In this document: piece by piece, positions 41,747 through 52,247 of the stretch
Numbering within the stretch: the stretch's first letter is position 1
How the letters are laid out: every line of letters begins with the position of its first letter
NCBI GenBank assembly: GCA_963749495.1
Contig: CAVVMW010000006.1
Span: 192,001 to 256,000 of the forward strand
DNA length: 64,000 nucleotides
Direction of reading: 5' to 3'
Source: an uncultured bacterium
GTDB taxonomy: Bacteria; Verrucomicrobiota; Verrucomicrobiia; Limisphaerales; UBA8199
Position numbers and translations under genes: made by a program
The notes under the pieces: model-generated
The model's input: the letters and a program-made list of their open reading frames with translations, nothing else
Told to the model about the DNA's origin: nothing
Databases searched by the model: none

Positions 41747-41764
41747 AGGCCGATCGTGACTCCG

Positions 41765-42215
41765 TCAATATTTCACTCTTTCGACGTAGATGTCCATCTG
41801 CCAGGTCGGATTATTATACGGCGGGCAGTCCGGGTTATCGCCGGTGCTGGTGGAATTGTCCGCCCAGGCCGGATAGAAATATCCGCCACAGTACGCCAAA
41901 CCCGTGTAATCGTAGTGGTCCTTACCGTTTGGGTTCGCCTTCGTCGCGTTCGACGGGTCCCGCTCCAATGGAATGTTCGTTGACCAGGTGCCTCCGCCAT
42001 TGCTGCTCACCGCTGCGTAGAACTTCGTCTTTACGTTGTTCGTCTCCTCCCGGCAATCGTACCAACTCACGGCCACCCTCCCACTCGCCTGATCTGCGGC
42101 TATGCGCGGGTCGAAGTGAGTTGCTGTCGCATTTGTTGTGTTGACCTGAAGGGGAGGCCACCAGGTCGTGCCGGAATTGTCAGAATACATCACAAAAGTG
42201 CTCAGGTTGCTCGTG
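41765..42215 (-). pseudogene. Orphan C-terminal tip 2 (~150 aa open frame, no own N-terminus)
   Basis: TSNLSTFVMYSDNSGTTW..THFDPRIA..SWYDCR..KTKFYAAVSS..YDYTGLAY.GGYFY.AWADNS..MDIYVERVKY*, collinear with the end of the main gene. Confidence 0.9.
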
Positions 42216-42263
42216 AGCGCGCATCGCCGCGGCGACTCAAGGCGGATCTCGCGGGACCCTCCA

Positions 42264-43305
42264 TCAGTGCTTTATCCAGAAGTTCCAAAAATAAAACCGG
42301 TTTGTCACCGCCGGGTCGGGAAGCGTCTCATCCACAAACACTCCGGTGACAGCATCCAGAAGGAGGACTCTGTTGAACCCAGTTTGTCGAGACGGTACCC
42401 ACAGATTGCAGGCTGTCGGCCGAAAACAGAATCAACCAACCGGTGGGCCACCCGCTGAAAAACAGCAGCACCCGGCGGCCAGGCAACACGTGTGGCCCCC
42501 AAACGCTGGGCGCAGCCAGGGACAGGACCCTCACCGATTTGGACACCGTCTCAACTCCTCGCCGATCCAGCGCCTTGGCGGTGAGCAGAAACTCGCCTTC
42601 CTGCGCATTGGTCCACAGAATGCCGTAGGGCGGACTTGCGGCCGTGCCAACCAGGTTTGAATTCACGAAGTACTGGATCCGGGCGACGTTGTCAGGGTCC
42701 GCCACCGAAGCCTGCACCAGCCGCGAACCAATTAGGCCTGGCCGCACGAACACCGCCATTGGGAAAACGGCGCCATCCACAGGCGAGTTGATCGTGACGG
42801 CCGGTGGCTCGTCCGTGCAGGCGCTGACCGTGATGGTGCCCACGACGCTGAGCCCCACTCCGGACTGCAAGCCAGTCCGATAGGCATAGAACCCTGCGTT
42901 CGTGAAGGTGAACGCGAACGAGTCTCCCGGATTGGGCAGGGCGCCCCTCCATTCGCCTCCGTAGCTCTCGACGTAATTGGTCGCCGGGACGGCTTGTTGA
43001 TTCACCCAGACGACGGTGTCTCCGGCGTTGATGGCGAGGCTCTGCTGATCCCAGGGGTCTCCGAACGCCACCCTGAGGGTCAGGTAGTTTGTGATCGTCG
43101 CAGCGGGGGCGCGCCAGGGTACCAGTGGGAGCTGGAGCACGAGGCAAAGGAAGCAGGTTGCACGCGCTGCCTTCGCCTTCCACGCGTGTACCGCGTGTTC
43201 ACGTCTGGAGGCAGGTGCGGCGCCGTCGGCCGTTGTCGTTCTGGTTCTGCCCCAGGCAGGGCCGCGCGGGATTCGCTCGCATTTCGGAATAGGGTGTGGT
43301 TTCAC
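42264..43305 (-). CDS. Cassette partner B2 (frameshift near 3' end ~42370)
   Basis: Same layout; true end VFVDETLPDPAVTNRFYFWNFWIKH* lies in a shifted frame. Confidence 0.85.
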
Positions 43306-43323
43306 AGGTGGATGGTGCCCACG

Positions 43324-43440
43324 CTAATATTTCACCCTTTCGACGTAAATGTCCATCTGCCAGGTGGGATTAGCATAAGGCGGGCAGTCCGGGTTATCGC
43401 CGGTGCTGGTGGAATTGTCCGCCCAGGCCGGATAGAAATA
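43324..43440 (-). pseudogene. Orphan C-terminal tip 1 (short)
   Basis: YFYPAWADNSTSTGDNPDCPPYANPTWQMDIYVERVKY*, nearly identical to the end of tip 2. Confidence 0.9.
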
Positions 43441-43449
43441 GACACCGCG

Positions 43450-44363
43450 TCACCTGCCGAAGGCCATAAAGTAGAAGCGCGCCGGCACTGTGCCTCCGCG
43501 TACGGTCTCGTCCACGTACACGCCCGGTTGTATGACCGTAAAAGCAAACACGTCGTTGGTGGCCCCCCTCAGCCTCTCGGTGGCGGCAAGGAGCACCACC
43601 GTCCTGGAGTTGATGCCGTCGTGGAAAAACAGCATTTCGCCCGTCGGCAGCCGCCTGGGGCCCGCACCGGCAGGTATGGGACGAAGGTGATGTTGACGGG
43701 CGCGGACGATAGGACCACCCCGTTCTTATCAATGGCCTTGGCCACGAGCGCGTACGTGCCGTCATGCGGGCCGAACCATGGAACCCAAAAAGGGGCCATG
43801 GACCCGGCCGTTCCGATGCCGATGAGGTTTGTGCGTACATAGTACCTGGATCTGCACGATATCCTCCGCATTCGTCACCGAGGCCTGCACCCCGTCCGGC
43901 TCACTGTAGAAAACGGAGCCGTCTAACGGCGTAATGATCGTCACAGCGGGCGGCGCGCCTGTCCATGCGTCCACCGTGATCGTTCCGGGCATCAACTGCC
44001 CCGGGCCACAAGCCACCCCGGTGCGGTAGGCGTAAAAGCCCGCGTTGGTGAAAGTGAACGAGAAGGAGTCGCCGGGGTTCAGCGTAGGGCTGCTCCACTC
44101 GCCTCCATAGCTCTGGACGTAATTGGCTCCGGCCTTGTTCAGCCACACGACCGTGTCCCCCACGTTGATTCTCAGGGAATACTGCGACCAGCAAAGGTAC
44201 CCGAGAGGCCCAGGCCGAGGAAGTTAGTGATGGTCGCAGCAGCCGCGCCCCCGCGCAACCCCACGAGCGTGAGCGCGAGCAGGAAGACCGGCAAGGCGGC
44301 CCTCCGCTCGGCCCCCCTGGCAAATCGGGCGCATCGTTGCGCCACAGAACAATCAGGTCTCAT
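43450..44363 (-). CDS. Cassette partner B1 (about three frameshifts)
   Basis: ORFs 44172, 43762, 43569 and 43450 join into signal + NVGDTVVWLN cupredoxin-like + Ig + YVDE..RFYF. Confidence 0.8.
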
Positions 44364-44414
44364 AAACTAATTTACCCTCCGCGGGGTTTCCCGCGGTCCA
44401 GGCCATTGACAGGC

Positions 44415-47367
44415 TCAGTATTTTACCCTGCTGACTAAGATGTCCATCCCGTTGGTGCCGTCCTTGTTGTAGGGCGGGTTGTTCGAATTGTCGGCCCACG
44501 CGGAGTAGAAATACCCGCCGTAATATGCCAAGCCCGTGTAGTCATAATAATCCACGTACTGCGCTGAATAGTGCGGTGGGGGGCATAGGACCACAACTGG
44601 GTCATTCGTCGCGCACGATTGCCCCGGCTCCAGGGCAATGTTCGAGGACCAGTGGAGGCCGCCATCGGAACTTACCGCGGCGTAGAATTTGGTCTTGACG
44701 TTATTGGGGTCGTCACGGCAGTCGTACCAACTCGCAGCGACTTTCCCACTGGTCTGATCGAGGGCTATGCGCGGGTCGAAGTGGGTTGCCGTTGCGTTTG
44801 TCGCGTTGACTTGAACCGGAGCACTCCAGGTCGTGCCGGAATCGCCAGAATATATCACAAAAGTGTTCAGGTTGTTTGTCGCGTTAGCGGGGCGATCGGT
44901 ATAAACCATGTAGAGGCGCCCGCTATATTGGCCGCCCGTGCGATCCCACGCCAGGCCGGGCTCGACATCGCACCCGCGGTTGGGGGCCGCGGGCGGGGTT
45001 TGGTACTCTCCGGCGTTGCTCGTGACGTTCGTCCAGATGTGGGGGAAATTCGTGTAGTTGGCCAAGCCGTTGGGGTTAACGCTGATGCCCACGGAAGTTG
45101 GGCCGTTGTTGCGGCCACATTGGCACACGACGGCGACCTGACCCGTGGGCCCGATGGCGATGTCCCCGTAGGTGAAGCTGTCAGTGCCTGGAACGAGGCA
45201 AAGCGGCGTCCAATTGCCGACTTGGCCAAGGCCGGCCACCGCAGCCCCGGCGACAACCGAACCCGTGCGAAAGAAATCGTAAGCCGTCAGCCAGACGGAG
45301 GACGGTGCGGTTGACCCGCCAGGACCGGTGGTGATCGTCGGCTGATCCAGCAGGTGGCCGGAGTCCGAGAAATTGGTAATACTGGTAAAACTGTTGCCGC
45401 CGTTCGTGCTCACAACCACCGCGATTCCCCATGACAGGCCATTATCGCAAACATCGCTGTTGGTGATGTAGCTCACGAACAAATTTCCGAACCGGTCGAA
45501 TGCGGCCGAAGGATCACAGAATGAATTTGTGAAGACGTACGTCGCCCAGTTGGTTCCGCCGTTGGTCGAAGTCATTCCGATAACCCCGTGGGTATTATCG
45601 CCGGGGCCATTAGCGGCGACGAAGATGTTTAGAGGGTTCACGGGGTTCACGGTAATGGCCGGTTCGCCCTCGATGCCGGACATTTGGGAGGCGTCGGCCA
45701 GATTCAGCTCGTTGGGCGTGCCGCAATCGGCGGTCATGGAGCCGGAGACGGTGCCGGCATGGGTTGAGACTGGGGTGGCTACGTTGCAATATGTGTCGCC
45801 CGACAGATACAGGGTGTCGCTGGGCATGTTGACGTAAAGCCCGATGCTGCAGTCCTCAAACGTCGAGGAATAAACCGCGGCGTTGTTGCTGCCGGGGTTT
45901 GCGTCGCACTCGATGGCATATTGGGCCCATCGGAACAGGGCATTCTGCACGGTGACCATCGTGCCGTTGTAATAGAGCCAGAGCGCCTGGCTTGCCGCGT
46001 AATGCGGAGCCGCTGCGCTATTGGTGATAACGTTCCCGTAGGCGTTGTCGTCGGCGGAGGTGAAGATCACGGGCGCCCCGCTGCTGGGGAAGCTCACCGG
46101 CCCGTAGGCGATGAGCCAGACGTTGCTGGCGAATTTGAGGCAGGCGTTGTTCTGGAAGGTGGCTGTGCCCGGCCCCTGGTAAAAGTTGCCGCTGATGTGA
46201 TAGGTCGTCCCGTTGGTGAAGGTATAGGAGCTGGCGCTCCCGGACAGCGTGACATAGTCGAGCACAACCCCAGGAGGTCGGTAGCGACCGGAGGCGAGCA
46301 CGATCGGGTGGTCCCGCCAAGTGCGGCCTGCTGGCGCGGGCAGCAGTTGGCCGCGGGCGGCCAACTCCACGGCCTTCGGGCTGGTTGGCGAGAGCGAGGC
46401 GTGGGAGAGCCCCCGGAAGGAAGACAGCAGATCGGCATAATTGATCTCTTCGACGAGCACCTTCTGACCGGCGATGGTGACGAGGCTCTTGGCCGTCGGA
46501 ACGGAATTGGTATCCGAGGGACTCACCGGCCGGACAGTGGCGGCTTGGCCGTGGGGCGGCAGGGGCGCGGCACCGAAGGCGAACGCCGCGCCGACGGGGA
46601 ACCAACACTCGTTGAAGATCAGGATATGGTCCACCAAACCGGAGCCGAGGACGGCCGGCCGCTCCTCCACTGGATCGGGCCATTGGTCAAGGGCCGTCCA
46701 CATCTGGAGACGGCAGGTGGCGCTCGACAGGCCGAAGGACTCCGGAGGCGGAGGGGCCTGCTTGAGCACCAGGTTCTGCTCGAAACCGTTCTTGGCCCAG
46801 ACCAGCATCAGGTCGGCAGCCGGGCTGGACAAGACATTGGTGAAGACGATCACATTGGGCGCATAAAGGAGCCCCGGGCTAGGCTGGACCAGACCTATTT
46901 GGGCGACCTTGCCCGAGGCCGAGTCCGAGTAATAGAGGCCGACGGGATGGGACTGGAAAAGTTGGCCGGACGGCGTGGTCAAGGTGATCGCGCCGGCAAC
47001 GGTGATGTCGCCGCTGAAGTTGGCCGTCACCTGGCCATGGACGGCTTGCGCCCCGGTGGGGGTGGGCTCGATGAGGTCCTGGGATTCGGCCCATTGGCCC
47101 TGGGCGCCGTTGGCCACCCAATAATTCATGCCGTCGCCCAGTTCGGTATATCCCTGGACTTGCGGCGTGACCTCGCCGGTGAGGCTGTCGGTGACCATCA
47201 CGGTGCGCTGCCATACCCGGTAATATGGGCCGAGGTCGGTCACGGTGTAGGGCGGGTTGGAGGAGTCCTGGGCGGAGGCGGGCAGGGCGGCCAGCATCAA
47301 GCCGGCGGCGCAGGAGATTACAAAGCCAAGGTTACGTTTTCTGCGGGGGGGGGGGTAGAGCTCTCAT
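44415..47367 (-). CDS. Large secreted protein: unknown N-terminal domain, beta-rich middle, C-terminal Asp-box (BNR/sialidase-like) propeller; start separated from the body by a C11 tract
   Basis: Asp-boxes STNGGTNW, STNGGNSF, SGDSGTTW, SSDGGLHW; with C10 the ATG at 47367 gives signal peptide MRALPPPRRKRNLGFVISCAAGLMLAALPASAQ. Confidence 0.85.
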
Positions 47368-47467
47368 AGTCACAAACTCACGGTCAACGGACAATCACAA
47401 ACATTCACTAACATTCCGAACATGCGTAGCTTATGGTAGTTGCCGCAGCGGTCAAGACCTTTTTTGT

Positions 47468-47522
47468 GACATTGCGGTGACGCGCGACCTCATCCGCAAC
47501 GGGCAGATCCTCCAGATCAATG
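47468..47522 (+). pseudogene. radC remnant
   Basis: DIAVTRDLIRNGQILQIN vs radC NIAVTRNLIRAGQLLKIN (39198-39252); 43/55 nt identical by hand count. Confidence 0.75.
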
Positions 47523-47570
47523 GTACCACCACGGCATGAACGGCGAGGCCCAACGCTGGCATGCTTGACG

Positions 47571-47790
47571 CATCCCGAAGGGATCGGAATCACTCAGCCC
47601 AGGGTTGCCCCGCCCTTTCGCAAGAAAGGGCGGGGCTACCCTGGGTGAGCCGCCGCAATCGCCCGCAACCCTGAAAGGGTTGCATCGCTGCTGCTGAAAC
47701 CCTTTCAGGGTTTGAGCGTTTGGTGGCGTGACACCCAGGGTAGCGCGGTCCGCGCAACCCTGGGCTGAGTGATGGCAAGCCCTTCGGGCT
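47571..47790. repeat. REP/REPIN-like composite palindrome
   Basis: TCACTCAGCCCAGGGTTG ... CAACCCTGGGCTGAGTGA inverted ends; internal AACCCTGAAAGGGTT pair. Confidence 0.8.
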
Positions 47791-48140
47791 ACTGAGTTGG
47801 TGACCCGCGGCTCAGTCTCCGGTGGCGGCACCGGCCAGATGCGCCCGGTGCGCGTCAGTGCTGTCCCAAAACCTCGGCTAAGGAATCCTCTTGTGGCAGA
47901 TATACAGGGAGAATCGGACCTGCTCAGTTTCCGTGCCCATCGAGAGAAAATGAAGAACCACGGAATACAGGGAATACACGGAAAGAAGGCCGTCTTCCGT
48001 GTATTCCGTGTATTCCGTGGTTTAAAAATCGTTAGAGGAGGATTTGGGGCTCTGGTCCTCTCTTGACGGCCTGGCGGGGCGAATCCAAGCTTGGCTCCCA
48101 CAGGTTGACCCGCTCGGTGTGAGCGATGATTTTAAGACGT

Positions 48141-51044
48141 ATGAAGAATGCACATAACCTATTTGACACGTTGCGGGAATTCGAGCTCGGCGGCGGGGGG
48201 CGGGGGAGCTTCTATTCGCTGCCGCGGCTGGAACAGGCGGGGGTCGGGGCGGTATCCGCGCTGCCGGTCTCGATTCGGCTGGTGCTCGAGTCGGTGTTGC
48301 GCAACTGTGACGGGCGGCGGGTGACGGAGCAGAACGTGCGGGCGCTGGCCAATTGGAAGCCCGGCGCCCGGCGCACCGAGGAGATCCCGTTCGTGGTGGC
48401 GCGCATCGTCCTGCAGGATTTCACCGGCGTGCCGTTGCTGGTGGACCTGGCGGCGATGCGCTCGGCGGTGGCGCGGCTGGGCAAGGACCCGGGGCTGGTC
48501 GAGCCGCTGGTGCCGGTGGACCTGGTGGTGGACCACTCGGTCCAGGTGGATTTCTTCGGGACGCCCGAGGCCATGCAGCAAAACCTGGAGATGGAGTTTC
48601 GCCGCAACGGCGAGCGTTACCAATTCCTGAAATGGGGGATGCAGGCCTTCGACACCTTCAAGGTCGTCCCGCCCGGCATCGGCATCGTTCACCAGGTCAA
48701 CCTCGAGTACCTGGCCAAAGGCGTGTTGTCCTGTCCCTCGACCCCCGCCCCTCGTCCCTCGTCCCTCGCCCCTCGTCCCTCGTCCCTTTATTACGCGGAC
48801 ACGCTGGTGGGCACCGACTCCCATACTACGATGATCAATGGGCTGGGCATCGTCGGCTGGGGCGTCGGGGGCATCGAAGCCGAGGCGGGGATGCTGGGGC
48901 AGCCGGTCTATTTGCTGGCGCCGGACGTGGTGGGGGTTTGCCTGACCGGCTCATTGCGCGAGGGGGTCACCGCCACCGACCTCGCCTTGACGGTCACCCA
49001 GTTGCTGCGCCAGGCCAAGGTCGTGGGCAAGTTCGTCGAGTTCCACGGCCCCGGCGCTGCCGCGCTGCCGGTCGTGGACCGGGCGACCATTGCCAACATG
49101 GCGCCCGAATACGGGGCGACGATGGGGTTCTTTCCCATCGATGCGGAGTGCGTGAATTACCTCCGCGCCACCGGCCGCAGCCCGGAGCACTGCCAGACCT
49201 ACGAGAATTATTACCGGGCGCAGGGCCTGTTCGGCATGCCGGCCAAGGGCCAAATCAAGTACTCGGCCGAACTGGAACTGGACCTTGGCACAGTCGTGCC
49301 CAGCGTGGCCGGACCGCGCCGGCCCCAGGATCGGATCGAGCTGCCCAAGCTCAAGCACGAGTTCCAGGCCGCCTTGGTCCGGCCCATTGCCGAAAACGGT
49401 TTCGGCAAGCGCGCGGAGGACCTGGAAAAGGGCTTCGCCGTTGCGGTGTGCGATGGTTTTGCGCCAGGCGGCGGCAGCCAGGAACCGGCGTCGCCCACCC
49501 AGGCACAGGCCCGCAATACCAACGCCTTCACCGAACTGGAGATGGCCAACAACCGGCCGACCCCCCACTCGGCCACCGCCACCACGCGCCAATGCGACGC
49601 GCGGATTCGCCACGGCAGCGTCCTGATAGCGGCGATTACCAGTTGCACCAATACCAGCAATCCCTCCGTGATGCTGGCGGCGGGGCTGCTGGCCAAAAAG
49701 GCGGTCGAGCGCGGCCTCCAGGTCAACCCCCTGGTCAAAACCTCCCTGGCCCCCGGCTCGCGCGTGGTCAGCGATTACCTGGCCAGGACCGGTTTGCAGA
49801 AATACCTGGACCAACTCGGCTTCAACCTCGTCGGCTACGGCTGCACGACGTGCATCGGCAACTCGGGCCCACTGCCCGCACCCGTGGATGAGGCGATCGC
49901 CAAGTACGACCTCGTCGCCGCCGCCGTTCTCTCCGGCAACCGCAATTTCGAGGCCCGCATCCATCAGAACATCAAGGCCAACTTCCTCATGTCCCCGCCG
50001 CTGGTCGTCGCCTTTGCCCTCGCGGGACGGGTGGACATCGACCTGGCCAGCGAACCGATCGGCAAGGGAAAGGACGGACTCGAGGTCTTCCTGAAGGACA
50101 TTTGGCCGACCTTGCAGGAGGTGCGCGACCTGGCACAGTCCGCACTCAAGCCGGAGGTCTTCCGCCAGCTTTACCGCGACTTCGCAGCCCAGAATCCCAA
50201 GTGGAACGAGATCCCCGCCCCGGCCGGCGGCGTCTTCCAGTGGGACCCTGCCAGCACCTACATCCAGGAACCGCCGTTCTTTGCCCATTTCGGCCTCCAA
50301 CCCGGGAAAATCGGCGAAATCAAAGGCGCGCGCGCCCTCGCCATCTTCGGCGACAGCGTCACCACCGACCACATCTCGCCCGCCGGCAGCATCAAGAAGA
50401 GCGCGCCAGCCGGCAAGTACCTGCTCGAACACGGAGTGGCGTTCGAGGACTTCAACAGCTACGGTTCACGCCGGGGCAACGACCGCGTCATGACGCGCGG
50501 CACCTTTGCCAACGTGCGCATCAAGAGCCTCATGGTGCCCGGCACCGAGGGCGGGGTGACCCGGTGCTTTGCCCGGGCCTGTCCCGGCGCCCCGGGCGAG
50601 GCGGTTGCTATCTATGACGCCGCCATGGCCTACCAGAAAGAGGGCACGCCGCTGCTGGTGATTGCCGGCCAGGAGTATGGCACGGGCAGCTCCCGCGACT
50701 GGGCCGCCAAGGGCACCGCCCTCCTGGGCGTCAAAGGTGTCGTCGCCCAAAGCTACGAGCGCATCCACCGCTCGAACCTCGTCGGCATGGGCGTGCTGCC
50801 GCTCCAGTTCAAGGAAGGCGCCGGTGCGCTCGCGCTCAAGTTGGACGGCGCCGAGACCTACGATGTCCTGGGGCTGGGTCCCGGGCTCAAGCCGCAGCAG
50901 GAGTTGACGCTGGGCATCACGCGCGCCAACGGCCAGACCCAGACCGTTCCCGTCACCTGCCGCATCGATACGCCCATCGAGGTCGAGTATTACCAGCACG
51001 GCGGCATTCTTCCCTACGTGCTCCGTCAATTGGTCGCGCGGTGA
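48141..51044 (+). CDS. acnA: Aconitate hydratase A
   Basis: [75 protein letters not shown]. Confidence 0.98.
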   Translation: MKNAHNLFDTLREFELGGGGRGSFYSLPRLEQAGVGAVSALPVSIRLVLESVLRNCDGRRVTEQNVRALANWKPGARRTEEIPFVVARIVLQDFTGVPLLVDLAAMRSAVARLGKDPGLVEPLVPVDLVVDHSVQVDFFGTPEAMQQNLEMEFRRNGERYQFLKWGMQAFDTFKVVPPGIGIVHQVNLEYLAKGVLSCPSTPAPRPSSLAPRPSSLYYADTLVGTDSHTTMINGLGIVGWGVGGIEAEAGMLGQPVYLLAPDVVGVCLTGSLREGVTATDLALTVTQLLRQAKVVGKFVEFHGPGAAALPVVDRATIANMAPEYGATMGFFPIDAECVNYLRATGRSPEHCQTYENYYRAQGLFGMPAKGQIKYSAELELDLGTVVPSVAGPRRPQDRIELPKLKHEFQAALVRPIAENGFGKRAEDLEKGFAVAVCDGFAPGGGSQEPASPTQAQARNTNAFTELEMANNRPTPHSATATTRQCDARIRHGSVLIAAITSCTNTSNPSVMLAAGLLAKKAVERGLQVNPLVKTSLAPGSRVVSDYLARTGLQKYLDQLGFNLVGYGCTTCIGNSGPLPAPVDEAIAKYDLVAAAVLSGNRNFEARIHQNIKANFLMSPPLVVAFALAGRVDIDLASEPIGKGKDGLEVFLKDIWPTLQEVRDLAQSALKPEVFRQLYRDFAAQNPKWNEIPAPAGGVFQWDPASTYIQEPPFFAHFGLQPGKIGEIKGARALAIFGDSVTTDHISPAGSIKKSAPAGKYLLEHGVAFEDFNSYGSRRGNDRVMTRGTFANVRIKSLMVPGTEGGVTRCFARACPGAPGEAVAIYDAAMAYQKEGTPLLVIAGQEYGTGSSRDWAAKGTALLGVKGVVAQSYERIHRSNLVGMGVLPLQFKEGAGALALKLDGAETYDVLGLGPGLKPQQELTLGITRANGQTQTVPVTCRIDTPIEVEYYQHGGILPYVLRQLVAR
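48735..48787 (+). repeat. Heptamer array (CCCTCGT) inside acnA, frame preserved
   Basis: 7 units encoding [18 protein letters not shown] just before [13 protein letters not shown]. Confidence 0.9.
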
Positions 51045-51089
51045 GGCGGGGTGCAACTCGGAGGGTTGCCGGGGCGGAGGCGGCCTCGA

Positions 51090-51230
51090 AGCTTGCGCCT
51101 CCACGACCTCACCCACCGCGACGAACGGCACAAACACCGCGAAATCATCCAATCGCGCCACCCCTTCGCCCCCGAAGGCGATGGCGCAAATCGTCAAAGT
51201 CAGTTTGTCGCCGATGCCAAGAGACACACC
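51090..51230 (-). pseudogene. TRAM-domain fragment of an RlmD/TrmA-type RNA methyltransferase
   Basis: GDKLTLTICAIAFGGEGVARLDDFAVFVPFVAVGEVVEA then similarity ends; no methyltransferase domain. Confidence 0.7.
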
Positions 51231-51500
51231 GGGGCGGTAGTGCCGCCGGCGAGCGAACAAAAGGCGTTTCTTGCGGCTGCAAAGACGGAGGGTGTGGGAC
51301 AGAATTCTTCTTGGACCTCCGGATCGCAGACCTCAGTTGATCCGGGCCTTCGATCCTTCGTTTCCTTCGTTTCCTTCTGTTCTTTTCCTACGCCCCGCCG
51401 GGTAGCCACAGGCACCGAACAGAAGGGAACGAAGGAAACGAAGATGCGGCCTGACGCGGCGCCGACGTATCGACGCTACGCGGGTGAGGACCGGGCGTTC

Positions 51501-52247
51501 TCACTGTGCCCGCGTCCGGTAGAACCGGCGCGGCGAGTTTGGCGGGAGGGGGTCGCTGAAGTAAAACGGGCTGGCGCCGACGGTGTTGGTGACCAGGTCC
51601 GTCCAGTTGACCAGGTCGGTCGAGGTCTCTACGACCACAACCTGGCCGGCGCCCGCGCTGACATCGAAGCCGAAGCGGTTCGAGCGGACACCGAAGCTGC
51701 CATCGTTGAGCAGGATGCTCGGGGGCGCCGGTGCCGCGTAAGCGGTAAAGGCAAGTGTGCGGATACAAATCGCCCCGGCGGCGTTGGTGGCTTCGAGCCG
51801 GAAGACATACAAATCCGCCACATCGGGCGTGAAGGTGGGGTTGCGGACGTTCGCGGCCGAGAGTGCAGCCGATGAAGCGGACGGCTCCCGGATGAGGCGC
51901 CACTGCCAGGCCACGGCGGTTTGCGGGCTGGTGTCCAGTTTGCGCAATTGCCCGACCGGCCCGACAGCCAGGTCAATCGTCGGCGCATCCGGGCAGGCGA
52001 CACCGCCAATCCGAATCGTGCTGTTGTAGGTGTCTGCCACATAGACGTTGCCCGCGCTGTCCACCGCTACGCCGCGTGGGTAGTAGAACCGCGCCGCGCT
52101 GCCTGTGCCGTCGGCGCTGCCCGAGCCTCCCGCCAGGCCCGCCAGCGTGGTGAAGGTGTATTCCTGGGCTGTGGCCTGACTCGTCGCCGCCATGGCCAGG
52201 GCGGCCAGGAACACGGACGCTGATAGACTCGTCGGGATGCTTTTCAT
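51501..52247 (-). CDS. Secreted protein with one NHL repeat, Ig/PKD-like segment and C-terminal RFYR domain
   Basis: Signal peptide; GSADGTGSAARFYYPRGVAVDSAGNVYVADTYNSTIR; VETSTDLVNW..FSDP..RRFYR. Confidence 0.8.
   Translation of the reverse strand: MKSIPTSLSASVFLAALAMAATSQATAQEYTFTTLAGLAGGSGSADGTGSAARFYYPRGVAVDSAGNVYVADTYNSTIRIGGVACPDAPTIDLAVGPVGQLRKLDTSPQTAVAWQWRLIREPSASSAALSAANVRNPTFTPDVADLYVFRLEATNAAGAICIRTLAFTAYAAPAPPSILLNDGSFGVRSNRFGFDVSAGAGQVVVVETSTDLVNWTDLVTNTVGASPFYFSDPLPPNSPRRFYRTRAQ

Noticed and set aside
41765..44900. Tip copies as DGR template/variable repeats
   Set aside because: No reverse transcriptase in the window, and differences include indels and all base types rather than adenine-specific changes.
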